Source: an uncultured Candidatus Rokubacteria bacterium
GTDB lineage: Bacteria; Methylomirabilota; Methylomirabilia; Rokubacteriales; DASRDR01
Direction: 5' to 3'
Assembly (NCBI GenBank): GCA_963708025.1
Contig: CAVPSB010000015.1
Coordinates: 32,001 to 96,000, forward strand
Length of the DNA: 64,000 nt
Shown: positions 30,779 to 41,835 of the stretch, piece by piece
Layout of the letters: each line of letters begins with the position of its first letter
How positions within the stretch are numbered: position 1 is the stretch's first letter
Program-made: the position numbers and the translations under genes
Notes under the pieces: generated by a model
What the model was told of the DNA's origin: nothing
Database searches by the model: none
The model's input: the letters and a program-made list of their open reading frames with translations, nothing else

Positions 30779-31746
30779 GCGGCTGCTGCGGCGGCTGGAA
30801 TGGACCGTGATCCGGCGCCTGGACGGGCTGCTGCAAGGCGACTACCGGACCCTGTTTCGCGGCGTCGGGCTCGACCTGGCCGACCTGCGCGAGTACCAGT
30901 ATCACGACGACGTCCGGTACATCGACTGGAACGTCACCGCGCGCCTGCAGACCCCCTACGTCCGGGAGTACCACGAGGACCGGGAGGTCACGGCGTGGTT
31001 CCTGCTCGACCTGACGGCGTCCATGGACGTCGGCTCCCGGCCGGGGGCCAAGCGGTCGGTGTCGACCGAGCTCGTCACCGTGCTGGCGCGGCTGTTGACG
31101 CGCCACGGCAACCGTGTCGGGGCGCTGTTCTATGATGGCCGCGTTGATACCGTGATCCCGGCGCGGAGCGGCCGGCGCCACGTGCTCCACATCCTGCACC
31201 GGCTGCTAGTCCCGGCCGGCCCCCGCCCGCCCGGCCGCGACGAACCTGACCGATCTCCTGGCGACCGCCGCTCGGCTCGTGCACCGGCGCTCGCTCCTCT
31301 TCGTCGTCTCCGACTTCATCAGCGCGCCCGGCTGGACGGCGCCGCTCGGCCACCTCGCGCAGCGCCACGACGTCGTGGCGGTGCGGCTCTCCGACTGGCT
31401 GGAGAGGGAGCTGCCCGATCTGGGGCTGCTCGTCGTGCAGGACGCCGAGACCGGCGAGCAGCTGTTCGTCGACACTCACGATCGCGCGTTCCGCCGACGC
31501 TTCGCGGCCGCCGCCGAGCGGCGCGAGAGCTCCCTCCGGGCCGCGTTCGAGCAGGCCGGAGTGGACGCGCTCGAGCTGTCGACCGACGACGACCTCGTCG
31601 AGGCGATCCTCCGGTTCGCCGACCTCCGCAAGCGGCGGAGCCAGCTGGCGGCGGGCGGCGGGCTCCCGGACCACCTCGGGCCCGGGTCGCGGCCCGACGG
31701 GACCACGAGGCCCGACCCGGCTCGCGCCGGCGCGCGGGGCGCGTAG
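30753..31746 (+). CDS. DUF58 domain protein (frameshift near 31210-31245)
   Basis: LREYQYHDDVRYIDWNVTAR; VVSDF, DAETGE in the second frame. Confidence 0.88.
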
Positions 31747-31759
31747 CCGGCTCCGGACC

Positions 31760-32815
31760 ATGGCGTTCCTCTGGCCTGACTTGCTCTGGCTGCTCCTGGC
31801 GGTGCCCGTGCTCGTGGCCGGCTACGTGGCCCTGCTCCGCCGGAAGAAGAAGCTCGCGCTCCCGTACGCCAGCCTGAGCCTCGTGCGGGAAGCCCTGGGC
31901 AGGGGCCAGAGCGTCCGGCGGCATGTCCCGCCGCTGCTGTTCCTGCTGGCGCTCGTCCTGATGCTCGTCGCGGTGGCCCGGCCGACCGCGGTCGTCACGC
32001 TGCCGTCCCAGTACGAGACCGTCATCCTCGCCATCGACGTCTCCGGGAGCATGCGCGCCACCGACGTCACGCCGAACCGGCTGGTCGCGGCCCAGGCCGC
32101 CGCGCGGACCTTCGTCGCCGAGCAGCCCCGCCGCACACGCATCGGCGTGGTGGCGTTCGCGGCCACGGCGTCGCTCGTGCAGCCGGCGACCCACAGCCGG
32201 GAGGACATCCTCGCCGCCATCGATCGACTCCAGGTGCAGCGCGGCACCGCCGTGGGCAGCGCCATCCTGATCTCGCTCAAGACGATCTTCCCGGACGTCG
32301 AGTTCGACCTCCGCTCGTCGAATCCCCGGCCCGACGCCGCGCGCCAGTCCGGACGCGGCGTCCCCCTCGGGTCGGGGAACGAGCCGGCGCGACCGGCCTT
32401 CACGCCGGTTCCGCCCGGCTCCTACACGTCCGCCGTCATCATCCTGCTGACGGACGGCCGGACGACGACGGGCGCCGACCCCATCGAGGCGGCGCGCATG
32501 GCCGCCGAGCGCGGGGTGCGCGTCTTCACGGTGGGGGTGGGCACGCCGGAGGGCGGGATCCTCGCCCAGGAAGGCTGGTCGATGCGCGTGCGCCTCGACG
32601 AGGAAGCGCTCAAGACGATCGCGTCCACGACCCGCGGCGAGTACCATCACGCGGGCACCGCCACGGACCTGACGAAGGTCTACCAGGCCCTGACCTCCCG
32701 GGTCGTCGCGGAGCGGAAGGAGACGGAGGTCACGGCGCTGTTCTCGGCAGCGGCGCTCGCCCTGGCGCTCGCCTCGGGGCTGCTGTCGGTCCTGTGGTTC
32801 CACCGGATCCTGTAG
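31760..32815 (+). CDS. vWA domain membrane protein (BatA-like)
   Basis: MIDAS DVSGSM, TAVG, LLTDG; N-terminal BatA-like TM segment. Confidence 0.9.
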   Translation: MAFLWPDLLWLLLAVPVLVAGYVALLRRKKKLALPYASLSLVREALGRGQSVRRHVPPLLFLLALVLMLVAVARPTAVVTLPSQYETVILAIDVSGSMRATDVTPNRLVAAQAAARTFVAEQPRRTRIGVVAFAATASLVQPATHSREDILAAIDRLQVQRGTAVGSAILISLKTIFPDVEFDLRSSNPRPDAARQSGRGVPLGSGNEPARPAFTPVPPGSYTSAVIILLTDGRTTTGADPIEAARMAAERGVRVFTVGVGTPEGGILAQEGWSMRVRLDEEALKTIASTTRGEYHHAGTATDLTKVYQALTSRVVAERKETEVTALFSAAALALALASGLLSVLWFHRIL

Positions 32816-32886
32816 ACAATGGTCACCGATCCCACCGGGGAGGGTTCCCAGATGCTCGCCGCCGCCCGACCGTCCGAGGCGAAGCC

Positions 32887-33802
32887 ATGGCCGTGACGAC
32901 CCCGTGCTGGACTCAGGGGCGGCCCATCCCCGATGCGCTGGTGGGCGAGCTGCGGGACAGCTCGGCGGCCGCCGGGGACGGCCCCGAGCTCGGTCGCCGG
33001 CTCCGCGAGGACGGCTACCTCCTCCTGCGCGGCGTCCTGGATCCCCGCCTGGTGCTGGCCGCCCGCGCCGAGGTGCTCGGCCGCCTGGTGGCCGTGGACG
33101 AGATCCGGTCGCCGGCCCTCGACGGGATCGCTACCGGGAAGAGCCGGCGGGCGGAGATCGTCGGCGACCTGGGCGCGTTCTGGAAGTCGGTGAGCGAAGG
33201 GCCGGCCTTGCGACAGGTGACGCACGGCCCGGACCTCGCCACGTTGCTCGGCCGGGTGGCGGGTGAGCCGGTCGCGGGCGCACGACTACCTGTTCCTGCG
33301 GGCGGCGCCGGTCGGGCGCAGCACCGGGCTCCACTTCGACTACCCGTTCTTCACCCGCACCACCGAGCGGGTCTACACCACGTGGATCCCGTTCGGCGAC
33401 GTGCCGGTCACCGACGGGCCCCTCACGATCGTCGAGGGCTCGCACCGCTTCACCGATCTCCACGCCGAGCTCCGCGGCTTCGACGTCGTCTACGACACCT
33501 CCCGCAAGGCCCAGGTGGCCGCCGACTTCACGGCGTTCGCCGAGAGCCGGGGCTGCCGCCTGCTGACCACCGACTTCCGGGCGGGGGACGTGTGCGTCTT
33601 CGGGATGTTCACCCTCCACGGGTCGCTCGACAACCGCTCGGCGATCGACCGGGTGCGCCTGTCGTGCGACGTGCGCTACCAGCCGGCGGCCGACCCGATC
33701 GACCCGCGCTACTTCGGGCCCGACCCCCGGGGCACGACGGGCGCCGGGTACGGAGAGCTGAACGGCGCCAAGCCGCTGACCCAGCCCTGGCACGTCCGGT
33801 AG
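32887..33802 (+). CDS. Phytanoyl-CoA dioxygenase (PhyH) family protein (frameshift near 33275)
   Basis: EDGYLLLRG, HFD, TWIPFGD, GSH, LHGS, R.SCD.RYQP. Confidence 0.85.
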
Positions 33803-33914
33803 GCTCGGCCTCGCGGCGGGCGCGGCGCCCCGCTCCGCGCCAGGGCCGGGGCCCCGAAGTCGCTCTCACTGGCTGTGAAGGAGTGCCGGCTGCCATTCCG
33901 ACCGTCCATTGGCT

Positions 33915-34030
33915 TCTCGCAACCGTCTGACTCTGGCCACGCGGTCGTGGCGGTCCACTTCGAGCCGCGGCTTCGCCGCGGCCTCCGAGGGGGGGAATCG
34001 GGGGGGTCTTCCGAGACCCCCCCGAAGATC
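33915..34030. repeat. Intergenic repeat family B, copy 2
   Basis: Close match to 10315-10430. Confidence 0.85.
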
Positions 34031-34031
34031 C

Positions 34032-35306
34032 TCACTGCATCAGCGAGGGCAGCCAGAGCACGAGCGCGGGCACGTAGGCCACCAGGAGCACGACAGCCAG
34101 CCAGGCCACCGAGTACGGTACCAGCATGCCGAAGCTCCGGCTGTACTCGATGCCGGCGATCCGGCAGGCCACCATCGCCAGGATGCCGACCGGCGGCGTG
34201 ACCGAGCCGTAGACCAGCATCATGATGGTAATGATCCCGAAGTGGACGGGGTGGAAGCCCAGGTGCTGGATGATCGGGGTCATCACGGGCACGATGATGA
34301 TGAGGGCCGGCACCGGCTCCAGGAACGTCCCCACCAGGAAGAAGAAGGCCAGGATGATGGGCATGGCCAGGGCCGGGCTGTCGGTGAGGGCGACCAGGGC
34401 CCGGAGCGCCATGGCCCCCACCCCGGCCCGGCTCAGGATCCAGCTGAACAGGGCGGCGCCACCCAGGGTGATCAGGGCCCCGGCGGTGACGGAGGCGGCG
34501 CTGGCGAAGTTCCGGTACAGCGAGGCGGCCGTGTGCCGGCGGGCGACCAGCCCGAACAGGATGGCGTAGAGCGCGGCCACCGCGCCGGCCTCGGTCGGCG
34601 TGAAGGCGCCGGACAGGATGCCGCCGATGATGATGAGGGGCATCAACAGGGCCGGCAGGGCCCGGGCCGCCGCGTGCCGCGCCTCGAGCAGGGTCGCCCG
34701 CGGCGTCGGCCGGCCCCCCGCCCGGGGCGCCAGGAACCAGGTGACGGCCATCATGGCCAGCCCGGCCAGCACGCCCGGGATCGCGCCACCCAGGAAGAGG
34801 GCGCCGATGGACACGCCGGTGACGGAGCCGTAGATCACCGCGATCACGCTCGGCGGGATGATGGGGGCCATCATCGCGGCGCAGGCGGTGACCGCGGCGG
34901 CGAACTCCGGGCGGTAGCCGTCGCGCTTCATGGCCGGGATCATCATCGAGCCGATGGCCGCCAGGTCGGCCAGGGCGGAGCCCGAGAGGGCGGCCATGAA
35001 CATGTTGGTCAGGACGTTGGCCTGGGCCAGCCCACCCCGGAGATGGCCGACCAGCGCGCGGGAGAGGCCGACCAGGCGCTCGGTGATGCCGCCGACGTTC
35101 ATGAGCTCCCCGGCCAGGACGAAGAGCGGCACGGCCAGCAGCGGGAAGCTGTCCAGCGCATCGTAGAAGCGCTGGGCCAGGAGGAGGAGGGGAATGTCCC
35201 CCTCCAGCGCCAGGGCCAGCACCGCGGCAAGGCCCATGGCGTGGGAGATCGGCATCCCGATCGTCAGGCAGACCGTCAGGAGCGCGAGCAGGATCCCGAC
35301 GATCAC
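34032..35306 (-). CDS. dctM: TRAP transporter large permease
   Basis: SFPLLAVPLF, SGSALAD, IIPPS, FTPTEA, TPPVG. Confidence 0.93.
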   Translation of the reverse strand: MIVGILLALLTVCLTIGMPISHAMGLAAVLALALEGDIPLLLLAQRFYDALDSFPLLAVPLFVLAGELMNVGGITERLVGLSRALVGHLRGGLAQANVLTNMFMAALSGSALADLAAIGSMMIPAMKRDGYRPEFAAAVTACAAMMAPIIPPSVIAVIYGSVTGVSIGALFLGGAIPGVLAGLAMMAVTWFLAPRAGGRPTPRATLLEARHAAARALPALLMPLIIIGGILSGAFTPTEAGAVAALYAILFGLVARRHTAASLYRNFASAASVTAGALITLGGAALFSWILSRAGVGAMALRALVALTDSPALAMPIILAFFFLVGTFLEPVPALIIIVPVMTPIIQHLGFHPVHFGIITIMMLVYGSVTPPVGILAMVACRIAGIEYSRSFGMLVPYSVAWLAVVLLVAYVPALVLWLPSLMQ

Positions 35307-35785
35307 ACCACGGCCTCGGGCGTCCCCGGACCCGGCGGCGCGCCTCGGCGGGCCAGCATGCAGACCGCCTCCAGCACCGCGCCCACCGGCACGGCGGCGT
35401 AGACCGCCCAGACCGGCACCTCGAGGACCGGCGAGCGCTGGGTCAGCGTCCGGAAGGTGAACTGGACGCCCGTCCCGGCCAGGATCACGCAGAAGGCGAA
35501 GGTCAGGAACTCGGCCAGGCGCGCCACGACCGTCCGGGCGGGCGGCGGGAGGACGGCGTCCAGGGCGTCGATGCGGATGTGCTCGCCCCGGTAGGCGACC
35601 ACGGCCGACCCCAGCATGACGCTCCACACCAGGGCGAACCGCACCACCTCCTCGGACCAGAAGAGCGAGCGGTTCAGCACGTAGCGGAAGAAGACCTGGA
35701 GGACGACGAGGACGAAGTACACGACGAGGAGCGCGACGGTGACCGCCTCCAGGCCGCGGTGGAGGCGGTCACCCAGCCCGGGCAT
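35303..35785 (-). CDS. dctQ: TRAP transporter small permease
   Basis: QVFFRYVLN..WSEE, HIRID. Confidence 0.92.
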   Translation of the reverse strand: MPGLGDRLHRGLEAVTVALLVVYFVLVVLQVFFRYVLNRSLFWSEEVVRFALVWSVMLGSAVVAYRGEHIRIDALDAVLPPPARTVVARLAEFLTFAFCVILAGTGVQFTFRTLTQRSPVLEVPVWAVYAAVPVGAVLEAVCMLARRGAPPGPGTPEAVV

Positions 35786-35791
35786 CGGCGG

Positions 35792-36802
35792 CTACTTGAC
35801 GGCCCGGACGGCGTCGATGTACTCGCGCCCCTTGGGCCCGACCTTGGCCACGAAGGCGTCGATCACCGGGCCCATCTTGGCCTGGAACGACGCGATGTCC
35901 GGATTGGCGTTGGCCTGCATCTTCTGGGTCAGGGTCTGCCAGGCGGCCTCCTGGGCCTTCATGTTCTCGGTCTTGTACCAGCCCTGGACGACCTCGACGG
36001 CGGCGTCCCGCACGGCCTTCTGGTGCTCGGCGGACAGGGCCGAGAGCCGCTTGGCGCTGGCCATGAGGGAGACCTCGGTCATGATGTGGTACGTGCGGGT
36101 CACGTGGCGGGCGACCTCGAAGAGCTTGGTGGACTCGACGAAGTCGGCCGGGGCTTCCATGCCGTTGACCACCCCCGTCTGGAGGGCGGTGTAGATCTCC
36201 CCGGCCGGGATCGGCGTGGGGTTCGTCCCCAGCGCCCGGGCCATCTCGACGTAGACGGGGATCTCCGGAACCCGGAGCTTGATCCCCTGCACGTCGGCGG
36301 CCGACCGGACCGGGCGCTTGGTCACGAACACCCGGAAGCCCGAGACGGCCAGCGACAGGATCTCGACGCCCAGGCGCTCGCGGACCTCCCGGCGCACCTG
36401 CTCGCCCACGGGCCCGTACAGCACGCGGTAGGCGTGCTCGAAGTCGGTGAACAGGAACGGCATGGCCGTGAACCCCAGCGGCGGGTACCAGTTGCCGAGG
36501 CTGCCGAGGTCGGTCCAGGCCAGGTCGAGGGTGCCGAGCTGGAGGGCCTCCGCCGAGGTGCGGAGGTTGAAGAGCTGCGAGGCCGGCCGGATCTCCACCA
36601 CCACCTGGCCACCGGTCTTGTCCTGGACCGCGCGAGCGAACCGCTCGGCCGCCGCGTGGAGGATGTGGGTGGTCGGCACGTGGTGGGAGAAGATGAGCTT
36701 GGACTGAGCCTCCGCCGCCCTCGGGCCGGGGATTCCCAGCAGGGCGAGCCCGAGCGCCACCGCCACGCCGACGCCTCGCGAACAGGACCGCCATCGCATC
36801 AT
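35792..36802 (-). CDS. dctP: TRAP transporter substrate-binding protein
   Basis: Signal peptide; GIKLRVP, EIYTALQTGVVNGME. Confidence 0.92.
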   Translation of the reverse strand: MMRWRSCSRGVGVAVALGLALLGIPGPRAAEAQSKLIFSHHVPTTHILHAAAERFARAVQDKTGGQVVVEIRPASQLFNLRTSAEALQLGTLDLAWTDLGSLGNWYPPLGFTAMPFLFTDFEHAYRVLYGPVGEQVRREVRERLGVEILSLAVSGFRVFVTKRPVRSAADVQGIKLRVPEIPVYVEMARALGTNPTPIPAGEIYTALQTGVVNGMEAPADFVESTKLFEVARHVTRTYHIMTEVSLMASAKRLSALSAEHQKAVRDAAVEVVQGWYKTENMKAQEAAWQTLTQKMQANANPDIASFQAKMGPVIDAFVAKVGPKGREYIDAVRAVK

Positions 36803-36920
36803 CGGACGTCCTCCTTGTCTGGACCGCTCGTCGCTCCCGGTGCCGGGTGCCCCGATCGTGCACCGCGGGGTTTCCGCGCCTCCGGGATTCTACCCGATTG
36901 CCAGGCCGCTCGATACTCGG

Positions 36921-36956
36921 AAGCTCCTAGAAGCTCCCAGAAGCTCCCAGAAGCTC
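36921..36956. repeat. 10-bp direct repeat x3.6 (AAGCTCCYAG)
   Basis: aagctcctag aagctcccag aagctcccag aagctc, intergenic upstream of dctP. Confidence 0.8.
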
Positions 36957-36966
36957 GAGGTTCGAG

Positions 36967-38064
36967 CTAGGCGGCGGTGTCCGCGGCCAGCGCCGAGCGC
37001 AGGTCGGCGGCGATCGCCGCCCGCGCCGGGCGCACGTGCCCGGAGCCGTAGTGCTCGGCGAGGCCCTGACAGAGCAGGGGCAGGGCGATCGTCAAGTCGG
37101 TGAACACCATGACGTTGCGGCCGTCCGCGGCCTCCTTGCCCCACGAGATACACTCGGTGTGGACGCCCGCGCCGCCCAGCCCGCCGAACACCGTGTTGTC
37201 GGTGGTGATCTGAATGGCCGCCGCGTGGGGACTCGCCTCGCCGCTTCCACGCTGTGCGGCCACGCTGGTCGCGGTGATCTGGATGAAGTCTTTCGGGACG
37301 CCGCCACCCACGAAGATGGCGGCCGTGCCCGGGCCCGGGGGCATGTAGCGGCCCATGATCCCCAGCGCGATCTCGTAGTCCCGGAAGAAGTCCACCGTGG
37401 GCCCCTTGCGGGCCGCCGTCCGGTACCCCTCCGCCAGCGGTCCGTCGGGTGCGGCCGGCACGAAGAGCGGCACGCCGTGCCGGAAGCAGGTGGCGGCCAG
37501 GGAGGCCCGGAGCCCCTCGGCGTCGAGCCAGCGCCCGAGCTCGTGCACGAAGCGGACGCCGGCGATGGCGGAGCCCGGCCAGGACTGCGCCAGGTGCTCG
37601 AAGAAGCCGCGGGTGAAGTCTTCCATGCGGTCGTACTCGCGGGCGCTCACCACGTGGTCGTAGAAGCGGTAGAAGCCGCGCGTCCAGAGCTCCCGGTCAT
37701 CGACGTGGTCGGGATCGACCTGGTAGAAGGGGGCGCCCCGCTCCTCCAGGATGTCCTCGGTGGCGTTGGCCGAGGTGGAGACCAGCAGGTCCACGTAGCC
37801 CCGCTCGACCAGCCAGGTGACGAGCGGGCCGAGGCCGGCGCTGGCCATCGAGCCCGCCAGCCCCATCGCGATCAGGCAGCCGTGGTCGATCATCCAGGTC
37901 CAGGTCTCGAAGGCCTCGCCGAGCTTGCGCGCCTGGAACGCCGACCGCCCCATGCGGGCGAGCAGGCGGCTCACGGATCCACCCGGCGCGCCGCGATCCG
38001 CGCCGTCCCCTTCGACGCGCATCGGCGCCCGGACCGGCCACGCCGGCACCTCGGGATCGATCAT
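36967..38064 (-). CDS. Deoxyhypusine synthase-like protein
   Basis: AFQARKLGEA, STSAN, GGGVPKDF, QITT, ISWGK with the catalytic Lys. Confidence 0.88.
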   Translation of the reverse strand: MIDPEVPAWPVRAPMRVEGDGADRGAPGGSVSRLLARMGRSAFQARKLGEAFETWTWMIDHGCLIAMGLAGSMASAGLGPLVTWLVERGYVDLLVSTSANATEDILEERGAPFYQVDPDHVDDRELWTRGFYRFYDHVVSAREYDRMEDFTRGFFEHLAQSWPGSAIAGVRFVHELGRWLDAEGLRASLAATCFRHGVPLFVPAAPDGPLAEGYRTAARKGPTVDFFRDYEIALGIMGRYMPPGPGTAAIFVGGGVPKDFIQITATSVAAQRGSGEASPHAAAIQITTDNTVFGGLGGAGVHTECISWGKEAADGRNVMVFTDLTIALPLLCQGLAEHYGSGHVRPARAAIAADLRSALAADTAA

Positions 38065-38101
38065 GGGCGACCTCCTCCTGCGTTTTCGGTAGACTTCCAT
38101 C

Positions 38102-38956
38102 GTGCTGGACGCCACCGCCCGGTTCTTCGACGCGATGGCCGCATCCTACGACGATCTCGAGCCGTGGTATCGCCACCTCTACGCGCGCCTGCACCGGCTC
38201 CTCCGCGCCACGCTCGGGCCCGCGCCGGCCGGCGCCCGGGCGCTGGACGCCGGGTGCGGCACCGGATTCCAGACGGCCATTGTCGCCGAGCTCGGGTACC
38301 GCGCGCACGGCCTCGACGTGTCGGCCGGGGTCCTGGCGTTGGCGCGGGCCCGCCTGCCCGCCGTGGGGCTGGTCCGGGGCGACCTGCGCGGGCTCCCGTA
38401 CCGCGATGCGACGTTCGACGCCGTCGTCTGCGCCGGGAGCACGCTCGACTTCGTGGACGATCCCGCCTCGGCGATCGCGGAGCTGGCCCGCGTGATGCGC
38501 CCCGGGGCGATCCTCTTCCTGGAGGTCGAGCGGCGCTTCTGTCTGGACCTGGGCTGGACGCTCCTGAGCAGCGTGACCGGCGACCTGCTCGCGTACGGCC
38601 TCCGGCCGGCGCAGGCCTGGGCGCTCCTGGCCCGCTCACCCCGGGAGGGGGTGTGGCTCGACTATCCCGGCTACCCCCGGCTCCGGCTCTTCACCGATCC
38701 CGAGCTCCGGGGCATGCTCGGCCGCGCCGGGCTCCGCGTGGAGCGCGCCTGGGGCATTCACGCGGTCACCAATCTCCTGCCGTCCACCGTGCTCCACCGG
38801 CCGCGCGTGCCCGCCGGGCTGCGCCCGCTGTACCGGGTGCTCTGCGCGGTGGACGCCGCCGTCGGCGGCTGGCGAGCCGCCCGGGCGCTCGCACCCCACG
38901 CCGTCGTGCTCGCGCGCAAGGGCGCGCCGAATGGCGCGCCCGATGGTACTGTGTGA
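38102..38956 (+). CDS. Class I SAM-dependent methyltransferase
   Basis: LDAGCGTG, LPYRDATFD, RVMRPG. Confidence 0.88.
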   Translation: MLDATARFFDAMAASYDDLEPWYRHLYARLHRLLRATLGPAPAGARALDAGCGTGFQTAIVAELGYRAHGLDVSAGVLALARARLPAVGLVRGDLRGLPYRDATFDAVVCAGSTLDFVDDPASAIAELARVMRPGAILFLEVERRFCLDLGWTLLSSVTGDLLAYGLRPAQAWALLARSPREGVWLDYPGYPRLRLFTDPELRGMLGRAGLRVERAWGIHAVTNLLPSTVLHRPRVPAGLRPLYRVLCAVDAAVGGWRAARALAPHAVVLARKGAPNGAPDGTV

Positions 38957-39002
38957 CTGTCCCAGGGTCCGTGCTGCTTCTCGCGAACACGAGGATGCCG
39001 AC

Positions 39003-40433
39003 ATGAGTGAATTGCAAGACAGATCCGAGCCGGAAGACTTCGCGACGCTGTTCGCCCGCGAAGGCGCGCGGCGGTCGCTCGAGGTGGGGCAGGTCGTGAC
39101 CGGGCGGATTCTCCAGATCGACGAGGAGACCGTCTTCGTCGACGTCGGCGGCAAGGGCGAGGCGCTGATCGACCGCGCCGAGCTGCAAGACGCGCAGGGC
39201 AACGTCACGGTGGTGGTGGGCGACAGCATCGAAGCCACCGTCATCCGCACGGGGGACGCGGTCCGCCTCTCCTACCGCCTGCTGCAGGGCGCCCAGGCCC
39301 GGGAGGGGCTCGCCGTCGCCGCCGAGACCGGCCTGCCCGTCGAGGGCAAGGTGGCCGCCGTCGTCAAGGGCGGCTACGAGGTGACGGTGGCGGGGCTGCG
39401 CGCGTTCTGCCCCTTCTCGCTGATGGACCTGCGCCGGGTTGACGACGCCGAGGCGCTGGTCGGGCGGGTCCTCGAGTTCCGCATCGCCCGCTACGACGAG
39501 CGCGGTCGCAACATCGTGCTCTCCCGCCGCGCGCTGCTGGAGGAGCGGGCCGCCCGGGCGGCCGTGGAGACGTGGAAGAAGCTGGTCGCGGGCGCAGTGC
39601 TCCCCGGCACGGTGACGTCGCTCGCCGACTTCGGCGCCTTCGTGGACCTCGGCGGCGTGCAGGGTCTGGTGCCGGTCTCCGAGATCTCGCACTCGCGCGT
39701 CGGCCGGCCGGCCGATCGCCTCCGTGTAGGCGACGCCGTCACCGTGAAGGTGCTGACCGTCGACCAGGCCAGGAGCCGGGTGTCGCTCAGCCTGAAGGCG
39801 CTCGACGCCGACCCGTGGGCAGCCGTGCCCGGGCAGCTGCGCGAGCGTCAGGTCGTGCGCGGACGCGTGGCCCGGATGACCGACTTCGGGGTCTTCGTCG
39901 AGCTCCTGGCCGGCGTCGATGGCCTCCTGCACCTGAGCGAGATCCCGCGCAGCCGCCACGGCGAGATGAAGCGGGCCGCCGAGACCGGCGCCGAGCTCGT
40001 CGTGCTGGTGACCAGCATCGACCTCGACCGGCATCGCGTCGGCCTCGCGCTGGCGCCGGACGGCGCCACCGCCGGCGAGCAGGTGGAGTCGAAGATCGCT
40101 GTCGGCGCGGTCGTCACCGGCACCGTCGAGCGCATCGAGTCGTTCGGCGTCTTCGTCCGCCTCGGCCCGGGGCAGGTCGGCCTCGTCCCAAACGCCGAGA
40201 TGGCGACCTCCAGCGGCGCCGATCACCGGAAGGAGTTCCCACCCGGCACCGAGGTCAAGGTGGCGGTGCTCGCGATCGAGGACGGCGGCAAGCGCATCCG
40301 CCTCTCGCGCGCCCAGGCGCTGCGGATGGAGGAGAACGCCGAGACCCGGGCCTACCTGCAGGACACCGCCCGCAAGGCCACGGGCTTCGGGATGACGCTC
40401 GGCGAGGCCCTGCGCCGGAGCCAGCGGAAGTAG
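39003..40433 (+). CDS. Multi-S1-domain RNA-binding protein (RpsA-like)
   Basis: Repeated FGAFVDLGG / FGVFVEL / FGVFVRL S1 motifs; 476 aa. Confidence 0.88.
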   Translation: MSELQDRSEPEDFATLFAREGARRSLEVGQVVTGRILQIDEETVFVDVGGKGEALIDRAELQDAQGNVTVVVGDSIEATVIRTGDAVRLSYRLLQGAQAREGLAVAAETGLPVEGKVAAVVKGGYEVTVAGLRAFCPFSLMDLRRVDDAEALVGRVLEFRIARYDERGRNIVLSRRALLEERAARAAVETWKKLVAGAVLPGTVTSLADFGAFVDLGGVQGLVPVSEISHSRVGRPADRLRVGDAVTVKVLTVDQARSRVSLSLKALDADPWAAVPGQLRERQVVRGRVARMTDFGVFVELLAGVDGLLHLSEIPRSRHGEMKRAAETGAELVVLVTSIDLDRHRVGLALAPDGATAGEQVESKIAVGAVVTGTVERIESFGVFVRLGPGQVGLVPNAEMATSSGADHRKEFPPGTEVKVAVLAIEDGGKRIRLSRAQALRMEENAETRAYLQDTARKATGFGMTLGEALRRSQRK

Positions 40434-40480
40434 CCCGCCGGCTGGTCACCCGAAGTCTTCAGGCGGTCTGCTCTCATTTT

Positions 40481-40515
40481 CCCTCTCCCCCTCTGGGGGA
40501 GAGGGTCAGGGTGAG
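40481..40515 (+). repeat. Palindromic repeat family C (CCCTCTCCC-n-GGGAGAGGG-n-GGGTGAG), interrupted by IS110
   Basis: Hairpin plus GGGTGAG; continues as GGGGG after the IS at 41682. Confidence 0.85.
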
Positions 40516-40530
40516 CAACTGTCTCCGTTG

Positions 40531-41700
<1,170 letters not shown>

Positions 41701-41705
41701 TCACA

Positions 41706-41742
41706 CCCTCACCCCAACCCTCTCCCTGGAAGGGAGAGGGAG
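41706..41742 (-). repeat. Palindromic repeat family C, inverted partner copy
   Basis: CCCTCACCCCAACCCTCTCCCTGGAAGGGAGAGGGAG. Confidence 0.85.
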
Positions 41743-41835
41743 CGGAATAGGAGCGCCGACTCCTCTCGCACCACGAGCAGCCGGCCATGAGTTGACGGGC
41801 CAGCGGAAAGGTGGTCTGCTGCTGGACGGCCTCAC

